NCBI RefSeq assembly: GCF_001194135.2
Contig: NC_069009.1
Span: 11,178,485 to 11,241,762 of the forward strand
DNA from: Octopus bimaculoides
Taxonomy: Eukaryota
Direction of reading: 5' to 3'
Length of the DNA stretch: 63,278 nucleotides
The position numbers and the translations under genes are program-made. A model generated the notes under the pieces. It did no database searches, was not told where the DNA came from, and was given only the letters and a program-made list of their open reading frames with translations. Shown here in pieces: positions 1-13,019 of the stretch. How positions within the stretch are numbered: the first letter of the stretch is position 1; the number at the start of each line of letters is the position of its first letter.

Positions 1-723
1 TCTTCACCTTCTTGTTGATAATCACCAATACCGATGTCGGAAATGTTCTTGCGCTTCTCTTCACCTTCTTGTTGATAATCACCAATACCGATGTCGGAAA
101 TGTTCTTGCGCTTCTCTTCACCTTCTTGTTGATAATCACCAATAAACTATATTTGAAGGAATTTAGTGACTCATTTGACAGAGGTAGCAGAGAGCCAATC
201 CAATGTTATATCTGACCTTGGTCCCTTGAAATTTTGCATGAATCCTGACCCAGTTATATCTCTTGTGGCTCGAAATGATGACATCTGCAGTGCAGCATGT
301 TTAATTTTGGTTTGGAAGTCCTTGGAAAATTGGTCAGTTGATGACAAGTTCCTTTAAAGTCTCTGGAGGTTGTGTGATTGCAGTAAGGTTAACCTTTCCA
401 CCACAGGAGCACAGTACACGTGTCTCTCCAGATGATTTCTTTGACTTACAATGTATGCACTCAGTTGTCATTGAATCAATGGGAATTCTAGTGCCATCTG
501 CATAACGAACTGTTGGATCATAATTGAAAGCTGCTTCATAGAAGTTGCTTCTCTGAGATGTTGCAGCTGCACTTCGTTCTGCAGTGGAGATCCTATTGCT
601 TGGCAGTCGTGCATAACTCTGTTCATCATATTGAGATACTCTGACTTTTGTAGCGCACAGTCTGTTCGTTTCTTGATATGCTTCCTTTTCTGCAGCTATC
701 TTTCTTTTCCTGGACAGAGACAT
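1..723 (-). mobile_element. Helitron Rep/helicase N-terminal fragment (frameshifted)
   Basis: ORF 334-723 reads AFNYDP..Y......I.SM...C.HC.SKK..GET...C.CGGKV.L..I..PPE.L, the typical Helitron N-terminal Cys-rich motif. Frameshifted frames below 334 give GQI*HWIGSLLP and KFLQI*FIGD-like segments. Confidence 0.8.
4..144. repeat. 57-bp tandem repeat (2.5 copies) made from Helitron coding sequence
   Basis: Unit tcaccttcttgttgataatcaccaataccgatgtcggaaatgttcttgcgcttctct at 4-60 and 61-117, partial copy at 118-144. Confidence 0.95.
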
Positions 724-1211
724 TCTTTTTGGATGACCTTCATATTGTAAACAAATTGTCCATAACTACAGATTTCTAACCAGCCCCGAATTTGGATGAT
801 CATAGCTTAAAGCAAAATGGATACTTTTAAATTAAATTTTCAACGAATATGTGTTCTATCATGTAGAATCCGAATACTCAAAAATTCGGGTCGCAAGTGT
901 TCTAGGAGGGGTGGGTGAGTGGGAGAATTTCTGAGAATTAAAAAAAATGGATATTTTTAAGAAAATAGATATTTTTAATGAAATTTTCTACAAATATACC
1001 TGGGACTATGTAAATTCAGAGGTCAAAGGAACTTTTGGGGGAAAAAAACAATTGGGGGTTATTTTTGAGAACTGTTCTCCACTCGCGGGTATTTTGGAAC
1101 AAATCGTACACATTTGTTTTATTTTCTCTATTTTGTGCGTTTGTGCATCCGTAGATTTCTACCACACACATACACACGCACGCACATACACACACACTCA
1201 CACACACACAC

Positions 1212-1267
<56 letters not shown>

Positions 1268-1277
1268 NNNNNNNNNN

Positions 1278-2545
1278 TGCCCATCGTATTATGAAACATA
1301 ATTTCCGTTAACAAGTTTTTTGTATTGTTTGCTATCCTTTGCACTTGTGTATTTCTGTATACATATATAACCATGCCTAGAAGGAAAATGTCAACTTTGT
1401 CGACATTACCACAGACTTTGCCGCACCACCACCACCATCTGGAAGATCTTATCTTTCAGAAATATGGGTATGTTTTTAATAAAACTTTCTACGAATATGT
1501 GTTATATCATGTAGATTCTGAATATACAAGAATTTTTTTTTGGGGGGGGGAGGGGTTAAGTGTTTTAGGTGGGAGTGAGGAATTTCTGAATATTCACCAG
1601 AATCCACTTCAATTCGTCTTATCTTTCAAGAAAAAGGATATTTTTTAATGAAATTCTCTATAAATATTCATACCTCGGACTATATATGTAATTTAAAAAG
1701 TTCAAGCGGGAACTTATTCCATTGAACATTAAGTTTATTGTAGAGATTATGTTGCAAATTATACGTTACACTTCTATATTTAGCTGTTAGTGTATATTCC
1801 TTATGTTTGCTTCTGGTGTCTTCTGCATTAGAAACTTTCACCTGGGAAATTACTTTAAGTGAAAAAAATGGTATGCAACAGATAAGTTGCCTTGATAACA
1901 TATTTCTGTGTACTAGACATTTAGCTGTTATTCTTAGCATAACGAGTTTTCTGGTGAGGGTTCCATTTACCCTCATTGCCTGTTTGTTGCTTCAGTGGAA
2001 GTCTACAAATGCACAAACGCTGAAAACGGAGACATTGAAATAAATATGGACGACTTGTTCCGAAACACCCCCGAGTGCGAAACATTTCTCAAAATAACCC
2101 CCAATTGTTCCTACCACCTCTCAAATTCCTGTGTCCCCGGAATCTACGTAGTCCAACGTATGTATATTTATAGAGAATTTCATTAAAAAATATCCTTTTT
2201 CTTGAAAGTTAAGACGAATTGAAGTGGATTCTGGTGAATATTCAGAAATTCCTCACTCCCACCTAAAACACCTAACCCCTCCCCCCCAAATTCTTGTATA
2301 TTCAGAATCTACATGATATAACACGTATTCGTAGAAAGTTTTATTAAAAACATATCCATATTTCTGAACGATAAGATCTTCCAGATGGTGGTGGTGGTGC
2401 GGCAAAGTCTGTGGTAATGTCGACAAAGTTGACATTTTCCTTCTAGGCATGGTTATATATGTATACAGAAATACACAAGTGCAAAGGATAGTAAACAATA
2501 CAAAAAACTTGTTAACGGAAATTATGTTTCATAATACGATGGGCA
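1278..2545. repeat. Inverted pair of a dispersed repeat (arms about 1278-1687 and 2143-2545); a third, more diverged copy at about 725-1165
   Basis: tgcccatcgtattatgaaacataatttccgttaacaag at 1278 is the reverse complement of the sequence ending at 2545. The minus-strand copy extends to about 1995 and matches 950-1165. The family abuts the Helitron fragment and a (CA)n tract. Confidence 0.85.
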
Positions 2546-3254
2546 GAAAGTACATAAGAAATTTTAAAGGAAAATCAAGTATTGTACGGGTTGAAGCGAA
2601 ATTTATCACTCAGTGAATCAAAGAGCCAGAATGGAAGGAACAAGAAATAAACCGTCAACAGCAGAAAAACACAAACCCGTACGTTTTAAAGTGAAATTTG
2701 GGAAGATACTTCTGTCAATAAATTATGAAATTACTTACATCAGTAATTGTGAACTTCTTTCTGTCAGTAATTTATAGTTGTTTGTAAATAGCAATTGAAA
2801 ACTTAATTTACAGTGAAAACAAGAACTTTGAAGTTAAACAGTGGCATATAGAAATTGAAAGTGAAAAGAATATCGTCTGAATGAAAGTGAAGACAAGAGG
2901 TATAGATAGAGAGATATGTTAGAGAGAGAGAGAGAAATAGATAGAGAGAGGTATAGATAGATATACATAAAGAGATATGTTCATGTCACTGACGCTAGAA
3001 AACCAGAAGTAAATATTTTAAAAACATTCAGAGACGTGAATGTAATATAAAAAGCAATATTATTTTTATTTTTAATATTCTTTAATTAAAAAACAAATAA
3101 AATGAACAGCCTATTATTTGTCCGAGGCTAAATTATTCATGTATCACAAGAATGAATGCAATTGGTGAAGCCGTTTTCGCGTGAAAAGTAAAAACACACA
3201 CATCTCTATTCTATATACCATCAGTTATAGAATAGAGCCGGAGAGAATATATCG

Positions 3255-3470
3255 GTGTTTTCATTGTGGTAATAAGCCACAAGTCCTGAAATTTGAGGAG
3301 AGGATGATAGTCGATTACATCGACTGCAGTGTTCAACTGATACTTATTCTATCCACCCCAAGCGGAAGAAAAGCAAAGCCGACCTGGACAAAGTTTAAAC
3401 TCAGACCGTAATGGATAAAATGTCACTAAGTCTTTTGTCTGGCGTGCCAACAATTGTACTAACTCGCCAA
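3255..3470 (+). mobile_element. Degenerate SINE-like interspersed repeat
   Basis: atcgactgcagtgttcaactgatacttattctatccacccc...aaagccgacc...aactcagaccgta resembles a common octopus repeat as I recall it; not verified by search. Confidence 0.5.
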
Positions 3471-3516
3471 CGTTGTTAGTGGTAATAATAAAATAACAAA
3501 AACAAGGAAGATTTTA

Positions 3517-3691
3517 CTAACTTTGACATTCCGAGTATTCCATTATAGGTATTACTTTGCTTTGGTTATTGCTTGAATCTGTCTGACACCCGCCCTCGAC
3601 ACTTACTTTTCTGTTGAACATTGTGTTCGTATAATTTATAAAGGCTGGCAAGTGACATCCACAATTCATACCGTTATTGTTTCTGAGGTCA
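3517..3691 (-). CDS. LRR C-terminal cap (LRRCT) exon, probable terminal coding exon
   Basis: Acceptor ataatttcAG, then 1 nt + DLRNNNGMNCGCHLPAFINYTNTMFNRKVSVEGGCQTDSSNNQSKVIPIMEYSECQS-stop. It carries a last xLxxN strand, CxC and two more Cys, and its phase fits the LRR exons (junction at|t = Ile). Confidence 0.8.
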
Positions 3692-4580
3692 CTGAAATTA
3701 TAAACAGAACAGTGTATGTACTTTAGAGGTGTAGAGAAACCCCTGCTGTATTTGACAAGAAACAAGGATAATATAATTCTCTCAAGATTATAGAAACAAT
3801 GACATTCATGTTTTCTTCCCAGAGTTGTTAATGACAACAACAAAGGGAAATGATTTCTAGTTAAAACCGAAAATATGTTAAGTTCCTCCTCTCTTGTAAC
3901 TTATGTATTGAATAATAAAGTTACTTTAAATAAGCCACGTAAGCCGATTCTTTTATAGCATGCATTAGGGACGCTTTAGTGCCAAGAATAAGGTGGTGGC
4001 GATTTGCTGCCACTGTTGTTGAGCAAAACTGTTGTAGACGGGATATTTTGTCGCTAAGGATTTTTATTTTTCAGCCAACATAACATCGGGTCTTAAAGTT
4101 AGATACAAATCAATGCAGAAGCTGAAAAGTACAGAGTTTATTCGTTATACAAATCATCATAGTTATTGATTGGGGAAATGAATTAAGATATATAATTCGA
4201 AATATTAAGTAATATTTTCATTCTTTTAGTACTAATAATGATAATAACACCTATTTGACAACAATGTGGCTCTCCCGAAGGGGACAATGTTACTGTTGGT
4301 TTAGCCACAAGAAACATTGTTTCTAGCAGGCTATACGACACACTATCTGTGTCCTTATATTTTCGAACAGGGAGCCTAGCACTTCATCTAGCGCAGAACA
4401 TGATGGGGTACTGGGTTATTATTATGAAGGAATATCAATTTCTCAAATATCAGGGAATTAATTAAATCAACGTAGAATGCAGATAGAGTATCTACTTTAG
4501 ATGATATAGCTTGGAAATTCGAAAATTTAAAAGAGTTGACATATAGAGGATATAGAGGACATATGAAATATAGATGACAT

Positions 4581-4659
<79 letters not shown>

Positions 4660-4778
4660 AATAATGAGGGTATATATTAATATTAATCAATTAATATCAA
4701 TGTTGATGATATACTATATTTATACTTAATAAATAAATTCTAGATGTTTAAATGGCTATTGTAAAACGTTAAGAACTA

Positions 4779-5251
4779 TACCTTATCCTCAACTTACGAC
4801 CATCCGCACTTACGACCACGGACAAAATAAGCGTATCATTCAAGTTGCTGTCCGTTGTTATCGTAAGATATATGAGAAAAAAAAATTATTTAAATCTCAC
4901 TACGTTCCTCGAAAAGCTATCTACTTCAACCCAAAAACAAGACTGCGAAGAATAAAAATTTATTTTCAATTGCACTTTTTTCACAAGAACAATTTTTATT
5001 GTATGTGTGCAGAATTTCTTTTGTATTATTTTTACATTTACTTTACATTGTAATTTTGTTTACCACACAAATGAGTACATATGTATTTTTAACTTTATGC
5101 ACAATAATTATGTATTAACTTTTTGTGTTTTATATTCTTATAGCTCGTTCGAATAAAAATGGCGTTTATAAATATAAATCCGACATACGACCAAATCGAC
5201 TTACCACCTGTCAGTTGGAACGGAACTCGGTCGTAGGTCGAGGAGAAGATG
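4779..5251. mobile_element. MITE, Tigger/pogo-like, with TA flanks
   Basis: Left cttatcctcaacttacgacc versus right reverse complement cttctcctcgacctacgacc; TA at 4777-4778 and 5252-5253; no ORF. Confidence 0.7.
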
Positions 5252-6921
5252 TAATTATATGTTATTCACCTGATATTTTTCAGCGATTCTTAACTTAGGT
5301 TAAAAGTAACATTATTTTTTCACTCGTTTCATTGCATTTGCTGAGAAAAACTAAATCATTCACTAATAGCTGCTCATACTGCTACTAGAGACAACCAAAA
5401 GGATAAACAAACCTAGATTCAGAAGTGGCTTTCATCTTTCATAGCTATTGACTGTCAAATGACACATCTACTGCATTAAACATTTGACATGACTTTCGCG
5501 AGCGTAAATAATTCATGTTTTACAGTGAATCGTTTCACAAACGATTCAAATTTGTTATAAACTCCAAACAGTTTCAGAGTAACGTATATTTTTCGACACT
5601 TTTGATCACACTTGGAAGATGGTACGAAGGAATGAATCATTCCCTAAAGCTACACCAAGCTGTCACCACGACTTAGATTAATTTGATAATAGCTGCATTC
5701 TCTCACAGCTGCTTGACACAAACAACAGACTAACAAAACAGCCCATTCACTTATTGTTCTGTCACATGACAAATCTACAGGACTAAACCTTTGACGTGAC
5801 TTTGCGCATGAATATCACAAGATTTTAATACGTGGCCGTAACAGATATCAGATCAAAGGTACTTTTATTACACAACGTGACCATCCTCAACCAATCAAAC
5901 TATATTTTTATTGATAGCGATCTGAGAACATTCTTTCTATAAAAACAAACGATGTTTAGGTACATTTTGCGACACAACTCCACGTTTTTCATAAGGTACT
6001 CTTTTGAAAATCAACAAATGTATATACTTATAAATCGATATATATCGAAATGTATATACATATAAAACTTCATATGAGAATACGACTGTGAAGGCGTTGG
6101 TTCTACGTAAGTGAAATTACATTTGTGACGTACAAGTTGAACGCTCTAACGTTTTACATAACGTTTTATTTCTTGTGTCAATTTCTGTCTCTTCTCTTTT
6201 TCTTTGTCTCTCTGTTTCCAGCCTTCCCTCTTTCTTTCTCTCTTTACACTTCTAGCACATTACTCTGTTTGCTTCTTGTCTCTCTACCTGCCACCACTCA
6301 TTCTCTCTCCTCCCACTACCACATAACCCATGACCATTCGTATCTCTCATCCATTTCCTTTTTCGCCAAACCATTAACTCGGTCAGTCACGTCTCTCTCT
6401 GATCCAACCCTTTTTCGATACGGTTTATTTTCTTTCCCTTTCTTTCGGGCTTTCTGTCTGTCCATTCTTTGTTTCCAGTCCTACGGTACATTTTCATTTT
6501 CCTTTGTGTTACCTCAATCTAGACCATCTTGCGGCCGTACAGCAATTTTCCCTTGTAAATGTATAATTGAAAAAAAAGAAAAGGGCCCTTTTCTTTTCTT
6601 AAACCTAACACAACTCTCAATTTCAAGCATCCTTATTTTTCCAACTATTATCTACATGGATTACCGTTGAACTTTAAAACCTCAAAGACAAGATAATGTA
6701 TTGGTATATTTATTTTTTATATATTATTTTTTTTGGATATTTTTTACTCTTTTGTAAAAAACATTTTCATTCTCACTCTTCTTGAAAATTTGCCATGCAA
6801 TGAAAGACGGTTAGAAATCTATATTAAAATATGCTGTCAGTTTAGCATTCTGTCTTATTATTATTTTTCATTTTCCTATATATATATATATAAGCATGGA
6901 GGCATTAGGGTGGTATTTGTA

Positions 6922-8170
6922 TTAAGTTGGCAACTAAGTTCTCGCCGTTTTTTTAATTCTGGAATTTATCGCGTCTTTAAATTTTGTAATCTATTTTTTT
7001 TTCTTTTCTAGTTGATTTTAGTTATTTTTTATTCATTTTCAGATCATTAAAATGGAATGTCAAGTTAAGAAAACGAACATTTTCGACACCTCCTTCTTAG
7101 AAATCTTAATCAAAGTTCTAAGACCGCAAACACTGCTCGCAACATTTGTGCTGTGTATGGAGAGGGTGCCATAGCTGAAAGAACCGCTCGTGATTGGTAT
7201 ACCGAGTTCAAAATGGAAATTTTGACCTCAAAGAAGCACCTCGTTTTGGCCGTCCAGTTGAGATCGATGAAGAGCCATTAAACCAACATTTGCACGACAA
7301 TTTTCGTCAAACGACAAGGGAACTGGCAGAGAAAATGGAATGCTTCCACACTGCTATAGAGAAGCATCTTCACTCGATTGGAAAGGTTCAGAAGTATGGA
7401 ACATGGGTTCCGCATGATTTAAGTGACAACAACAAAAATCAATAAGCCACAATCTCCGCTGGTTTGCTTGCACGTCACCGCTCAACTCATGTATACAAGC
7501 AACGATTTCTTTACCGAATCGTTACTGACGATAAAAAATGGTGCCTGTACATCAATATGAAGCAGCGTAAAGAATGGCTTAGCCCCGGTACACAAGCGAC
7601 ACCGCGCGTGAAAGAAGATCTTCTGCGTAAAACGATGTTGTGCATATGGTGTGACTGGGAGGGGATTATCCATTACGAATTGCTTGAACGGAACTAAACG
7701 CTCAACGCGGAACTCTATGTTCAACATATGCAACGAATCAACACGGCTATTAAGAGAAAAGACCTAATCGTCAGCATGGAGTTCTTCCGCTGCACGACAA
7801 CGTCCGTCCTCGTATCGCCAAGATGACCAAGGAAGCCATTCAAACGCATGGTTGGGAAGTGCTGCCACACCCACCGTCCTCTCCTGATTTGGCACCAACG
7901 GATTTCCACGTCTTTCTATCTCTTTCAAATGCTATGCGCCGAATTTCGTTCAATACTGATGCAGAATTGAGAGCTTTGTTGGATCAATTTTTCGAGTTGA
8001 AATCGGGTGATTTCTACCCACGAGGTATTGAAAATCTTGTTGAACGTTGGGAAGAAGTTGTAAACAAACAAGGGGGAATACATTATTGATTAATTAGTTG
8101 TTATTTTTTTATTAAACCTTTTGAAAAATTTAAATTTAAAAAAACGGCGGTAATTTAGTTGCCAACCTAA
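6922..8170 (+). mobile_element. Full-length mariner (DD34D) element with disrupted transposase
   Basis: 30-bp TIRs (ttaagttggcaactaagttctcgccgtttt, 4 mismatches) and TA target duplication. Motifs WVPHDL, IVTDDKKW, HDNVRP and HPPSSPDLAPTDF lie in broken frames 7052-8089. Confidence 0.95.
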
Positions 8171-8587
8171 TATTTTGGAACTTAATGAAATCTCAAATGC
8201 AGGAGAATAGCTGTGAAAAGAAGATCGATTACACATACTCTCATTATAAGACGGAATAATTTCGCTAGCAACCCGCTACAAATGATTGAACACACTCAAC
8301 ACTACCATTTGTGTTTATAAAAATGCTTCCACATTCCAAAAGATATAATTTAACCTTATGAAAGGCAGTGATCATTTAACTCCGAGGTACAGACTGCTCA
8401 TGCAGAATTTGATTTTTTAAAGTGTTTGAGGCTCTGTAGAACCTTACTGACTCTTTTCTCGTCTTAAAGAAGTATTTTTACTCGGCCTTGTAATCTTTTT
8501 ACAGCTGTTCTCTTGCGTTCGAGATTTCCTAAATTTATTATGTGCATGTGTGTAGAACTCTGATCCAACTCCAATTTATTCTTCATT

Positions 8588-9489
8588 CGAGGTGCGTCCA
8601 AAACCTATCAGACTATTTTTCTTCGCCAAAACTAATTCTGCGTGGGTAAAATCCTTTAAGTGGGACGTAACGCCACCTTTCCTGCGCATGCGATTTCATA
8701 CTTTCATACTAGCGATTTCATAGCTAGTATGCCGAGCCGGTAAGACGCGTCAGTATACCGCGTTTTTCGCTTTTACACAAGATGACCGGACACATCGAGC
8801 GAGATATTGCATTAGGTTTTGATAAAGGCTGAGTGATACACAAGCTGAAATCACCCAGAAGATTCGGCAGGCTCTTAGTGATGATGCTTTGAGAAAAACG
8901 TACATCAAGAAGTTGTACAACTGCTTCAGACATGGCCGAACCTCAGCGGTGAGCGAGGAACTATGAGGTGGGCCATACACAAGACGAAACGAGGAGCTGC
9001 TTCAAAACTTTCGGCAAATAATCATGGAAGATCGTCATGTAACAATCAGCGGATTTACTCACGAAGTTGAAATGAGCAGAGGATCAGTGCATTGCATTTT
9101 AATGGAGGATTTGTGCATACAGTGAGTGCCGGTGAAAAAGTCGATTAAGGTAGATTTTGAACGCACTTCCTAATCCAAACTTTCATGATCAAAAGCAATA
9201 TACCACTTCTTCGATAGGCTCCCTACTCTCTCCACATAGCACCAAGTGACCTCTGGCTCTTTCCCAAACTAAAAATGCGGCTGAAAGGGATGCGATATGA
9301 GTCGCGAGAGGAAATTATGAGAAAAGGGACAGCAGTGCTCCTTAACACTCTCAAAATGTTCCAGAAATAATAGAAACAGAGACAAAACCCCTGGGACAAG
9401 TGCGAAAAATCCCAATAGGAGTATTTTGTAGAAGATTAAATAGAATTTGTGAAACGTACAAAGGTTGGATACCTTTTGAACACACCTCT
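8588..9489 (+). mobile_element. Internally deleted mariner remnant
   Basis: Degenerate TIRs cgaggtgcgtccaaaacctatca / ggataccttttgaacacacctct. A PYS..IAP.D.WLFPKLK-like segment lies near 9220-9290. Confidence 0.75.
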
Positions 9490-9775
9490 TATTTCCGAGC
9501 CTCGATGAAATTATATCAAACCAACCTACATGTTAATTGAACACCGACGTTGCAATGACAAAACACAATACTCAGAAATATCCATGGTAACCCACTAAAA
9601 TTAAAACCTACATATTACTATTCATTGTCAACTGTATTAAATAACTGTGAATTTAATGACATCTTTTTGTGATTTTAGTTTGATGGCATCTTTTTATAAT
9701 TTTAGTCTGATGACATCATTTTATGATTTTACAATGACTTTGGTTTTCCAATAAAGAAAAATTTGTTGTACATAC

Positions 9776-9847
9776 ATATGAGTTATGCTGGGAAGGTATA
9801 AGAATGCGCCATCCTCATAGTTTTGTATTCGGTTGTTTCTCAAATTT
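9776..9847 (-). CDS. LRR exon 22 (penultimate type): NLRNNRIQNYEDGAFLYLPSITH
   Basis: ttcttttttccAG, 72 nt (1 nt + 23 codons + 2 nt), GTatgt; open; paralogue of 28857-28928. Confidence 0.88.
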
Positions 9848-10344
9848 CTGGAAAAAAGAAGTAAGTATTCTGTAAGTTGAAATAGGTACAATTTATAAGT
9901 CTGGTTTCTCCGGTTAATATACTGTCTAAACTAACTGAATAAAAGCTCATGTTTACTGCACAGATGTTTATTTCTCTATGATTTTTCTGTCTATAGTTTG
10001 GGCATGGGTAGTTTCCATTAATCTAACTTCGATATCCTAACGGAAGAGAAAGTTTTCTCTGACAACCGAGTAACAAAAATGGAAGATGTTTAGTTATAAG
10101 AATAACAAAGCAACACCGAGACTTTGTTTTGTGCTCAATGTTGGTTTTACATAATTATGTACAAATATTATTTCCCATATAAACTCCAGTGGCAATATAA
10201 TGACAAACTTGAAAAAAATGAATCATGAATAATTAAAACACTTATCTTAACACCAATTATCAACTTTAAGAGACATATTCAAAATATATGTAAGAATTAA
10301 TGTTCAACTTTAAACTTTTGTAGAAAAAATATATATCTTTCATA

Positions 10345-11597
10345 TTAGGTCATCACGTCTGAAATTTGAAGAAAAGAAAAGAAGTTTGCTAATGTTTATA
10401 AATACAAGGAATAGTTTTATTCATCAAAGTATGCACCCATATTGTCAATACACTTTTGCCATTTACAGCCCGGAACTGTAAAAGCCTGGCAACCTAGATG
10501 CAATAAAATCCTGGAAGGCCTGTTTTACAGCATCGTCGGATTTAATATTTCTCCCAGTCAAAAAGCTATACAAATTCTAGAAGAAGTGGGAGTCAATGGG
10601 GGCAAGATCAGGTGAGTATGGTGGAAATGGAGAAGTTCCAACTCCAACTCCTGTAGTTTCGCCAATGTCATTTTTGTGATGTGTGATCTAGCCTTGTCTT
10701 GGAATAAGATAGTAGATCTGTTGACTAATCTAAGTAGTTTTTTTAATATGTTTCGGCATCATTTGGTCCAGTTGGCTGCAGTATATTTTAGCCATGATTG
10801 ATGAGCCAGGTTTAATGAAATCATTATGGATCACACCTGCGCCAGACCACCATACACACACCCTCACTTTCGTTTCATGAATTTTGCTATTCAGACTGTG
10901 TTTTGGTGATTCGTCTTTGTCCAACCATTGTGCTGAACGCCTACGGTTGTTGTATTGGATTCATTCTTCTTCATATGTTAAAATTGAATTTAAAAGTGAT
11001 CCATTTTTGTGACGAGAAAGTAGCATACTGCAGGCTAGGAAACGTTGCTGTTTCTGATTTTCATTGCGTTCGTGTGGAACCCACTTATCCACATTTTTCA
11101 CTTTATCAATTTGAACTAGGTGAGTCAATACTGTTTGCTTGCTAACACCAAACAACAACGATAATTCACAGGCACTTTAAGAGGGATCTGCCTCGACGGT
11201 GGCTTTCAGTTCGTCATTATCCACTTCTGTTTCGACCGCGTGGTTCGTTTGTGAGGTCAAATTCACCAGAACGAAATTTTGCAAACTAACTTGATACTGT
11301 CTGCTGTGTGATAACATTAGAATGCAATACTCCATTAATATTCCGAGCTGTCTGTGATGCTGTATTTCGAAGAAAGAACTCATTTCAAAACTGAACAAAT
11401 TTCCGACTTATCCATCCCTAAGCAAAAATAGCAGAAAACGATTAATAAATACTTCATGAATGGCAAAGAATAAAGAAATAGGTGTGTCACCTTTCTAACA
11501 AAGAATAGAGGTTGTCAAAATATAAGAATGGCGCAAAATGAGCAGCTGTCAAACTTTACCATATAGCTTTCTACAAATTTCATACTTGACGAACTAA
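10345..11597 (-). mobile_element. Full-length mariner element with disrupted transposase
   Basis: Ends tattaggtcatcacgtctgaaatttg and reverse complement tattagttcgtcaagtatgaaatttg (22/26, including TA); WVPHER, ILTYEE and KVRVCVWW motifs. The empty TA site is seen in the paralogous block at 29773. Confidence 0.93.
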
Positions 11598-13019
11598 TAG
11601 TATCAGTCCATAGACACTTGAATTCTACTTCGCGGGAAATGTTACTTTAAAATCTTATTTAATTTCTAGAGAATTGGGAAATGTGCAAAGTACTATGTAG
11701 TATCATGAAGTACCGTAAAGTACACTAGTTATACATGATGCATTTACTGATTCTGGATGCCAACGTAGTCAAAAAGTACTTTCAAATTAAATTCTAATTA
11801 TACAATGTTCAATACTGCTTTTGGTCAAAAACTTTGTGGCATTCGCTTAATGAAAAAAGTATGCATCATATAGAACTGACTAATGTCTACATTGTTTCAT
11901 TAACAGGGTGTTCTTCCAAACATCTTAACATAATAATGAAGCTTCTACTCTGACAATCATGATATAATATATATTTCATCATCAGCACAAGGTTCTGACT
12001 GCAAGAAAACATTCTGTTAATATTACAAATTTACGCGCATTGAAACACTTCACAGGGATTTTAAAATGTTAACATTTTATTTGCAGACTAGTTAAAGATG
12101 GCTGATGCTGGAATATTGATGATGTTTTAGTCGAGATATCATCCATGTTTGAAGAGTTCCGCTGTTGTTTTAGTACCAGTTACTTTGCTGTAGTTGCTGT
12201 GTAAGGCATCTCTTTCGTGAACAGAAGCCTTGCTGTATGTTTTTTTTCTTCTCGAAATGTAATCACCTACTTTCTGACAACGAGTCTCATGTCTCTCCTA
12301 ACATGTGAGACCAGAGTTATACCTGTAATATTTAGGAATTTCTCTACCTCTTCTTTAATCAATATACCTTCTTCTAACTCTTTGGGATGTTTTCCTATAT
12401 GTAAGGAAGCTCTGGAAAAGTATCTGCAGTAGTTCTGGAAGAACTTTCTTGAAAATCTTTAAAAGCATCACAAGAAAACAACCAGAGCCGTGACTAAGTT
12501 CACGTCTAAATAACATGTTTTGTTTCTTCTCTATGTGAACTCATCAGGCTTGCTTTATTTGTATATTTCCTAGTGAAGAATTGAAAGCATTTGGGAATTG
12601 TTAATTGAGTATTTCGCTTATCCTTCTGGCCATAAGCTATAACGCACTGAGGTAGATAATTTTGAAATGTCTATTTGTTTATAAGTTTTCATCTAATTTG
12701 GTTTCACTTTTTCGCTTTTTTCGTCACAGAAAAGACTCAGGGAGGGAGAGGGGGTGAGGTGTTAGACGTCGTCGACGTATATAGTTTGGAGTCTTAAGAC
12801 AAGAGGAATGTGATAGTGTTGTTGAAGAAAATTTTGCTGCTGCTGTTTGTGATGTTGATGTTTGTGATAATGATTCTGATGTGGATAATTATGAAGATAA
12901 TGACGTTGATTTTGTTGTTGACTTTCGTGCTGGTGATGATTCTAATGATGATGATAGAGAATAGATTAAAAGTTGATACACTCACATGCACTCGCTCATA
13001 TACTTAGACCGAAATATAT

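Noticed and set aside
1680-1976. ORF in the spacer between the inverted repeats, considered as a further exon of the LRR gene.
   Set aside because: It has no recognisable motif or transmembrane segment and no splice site in the required phase with supporting homology.
3601-3606. Perfect GTAAGT inside the LRRCT exon, considered as its donor.
   Set aside because: Reading through it supplies the third and fourth cap cysteines in frame, and I found no downstream phase-0 exon to replace them. It could still be a minor alternative donor.
6125-6670. 181-aa hydrophobic ORF on the + strand.
   Set aside because: It derives from CT-rich low-complexity sequence, starts at GTG and is antisense within a predicted intron.
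10000-10040. AG followed by ISKLD-stop in both copies of the duplicated block (also about 29095-29115), considered as an alternative terminal exon.
   Set aside because: Five codons of similarity are expected from block homology alone, and there is no other support.
12217-12680. Similar minus-strand translations in the two block copies (..KHPKEL..FLNITGITL / ..KYPKVL..ILNITSITL).
   Set aside because: A 1-nt indel and unshared stops between the copies, plus a non-conserved acceptor, indicate intron sequence.
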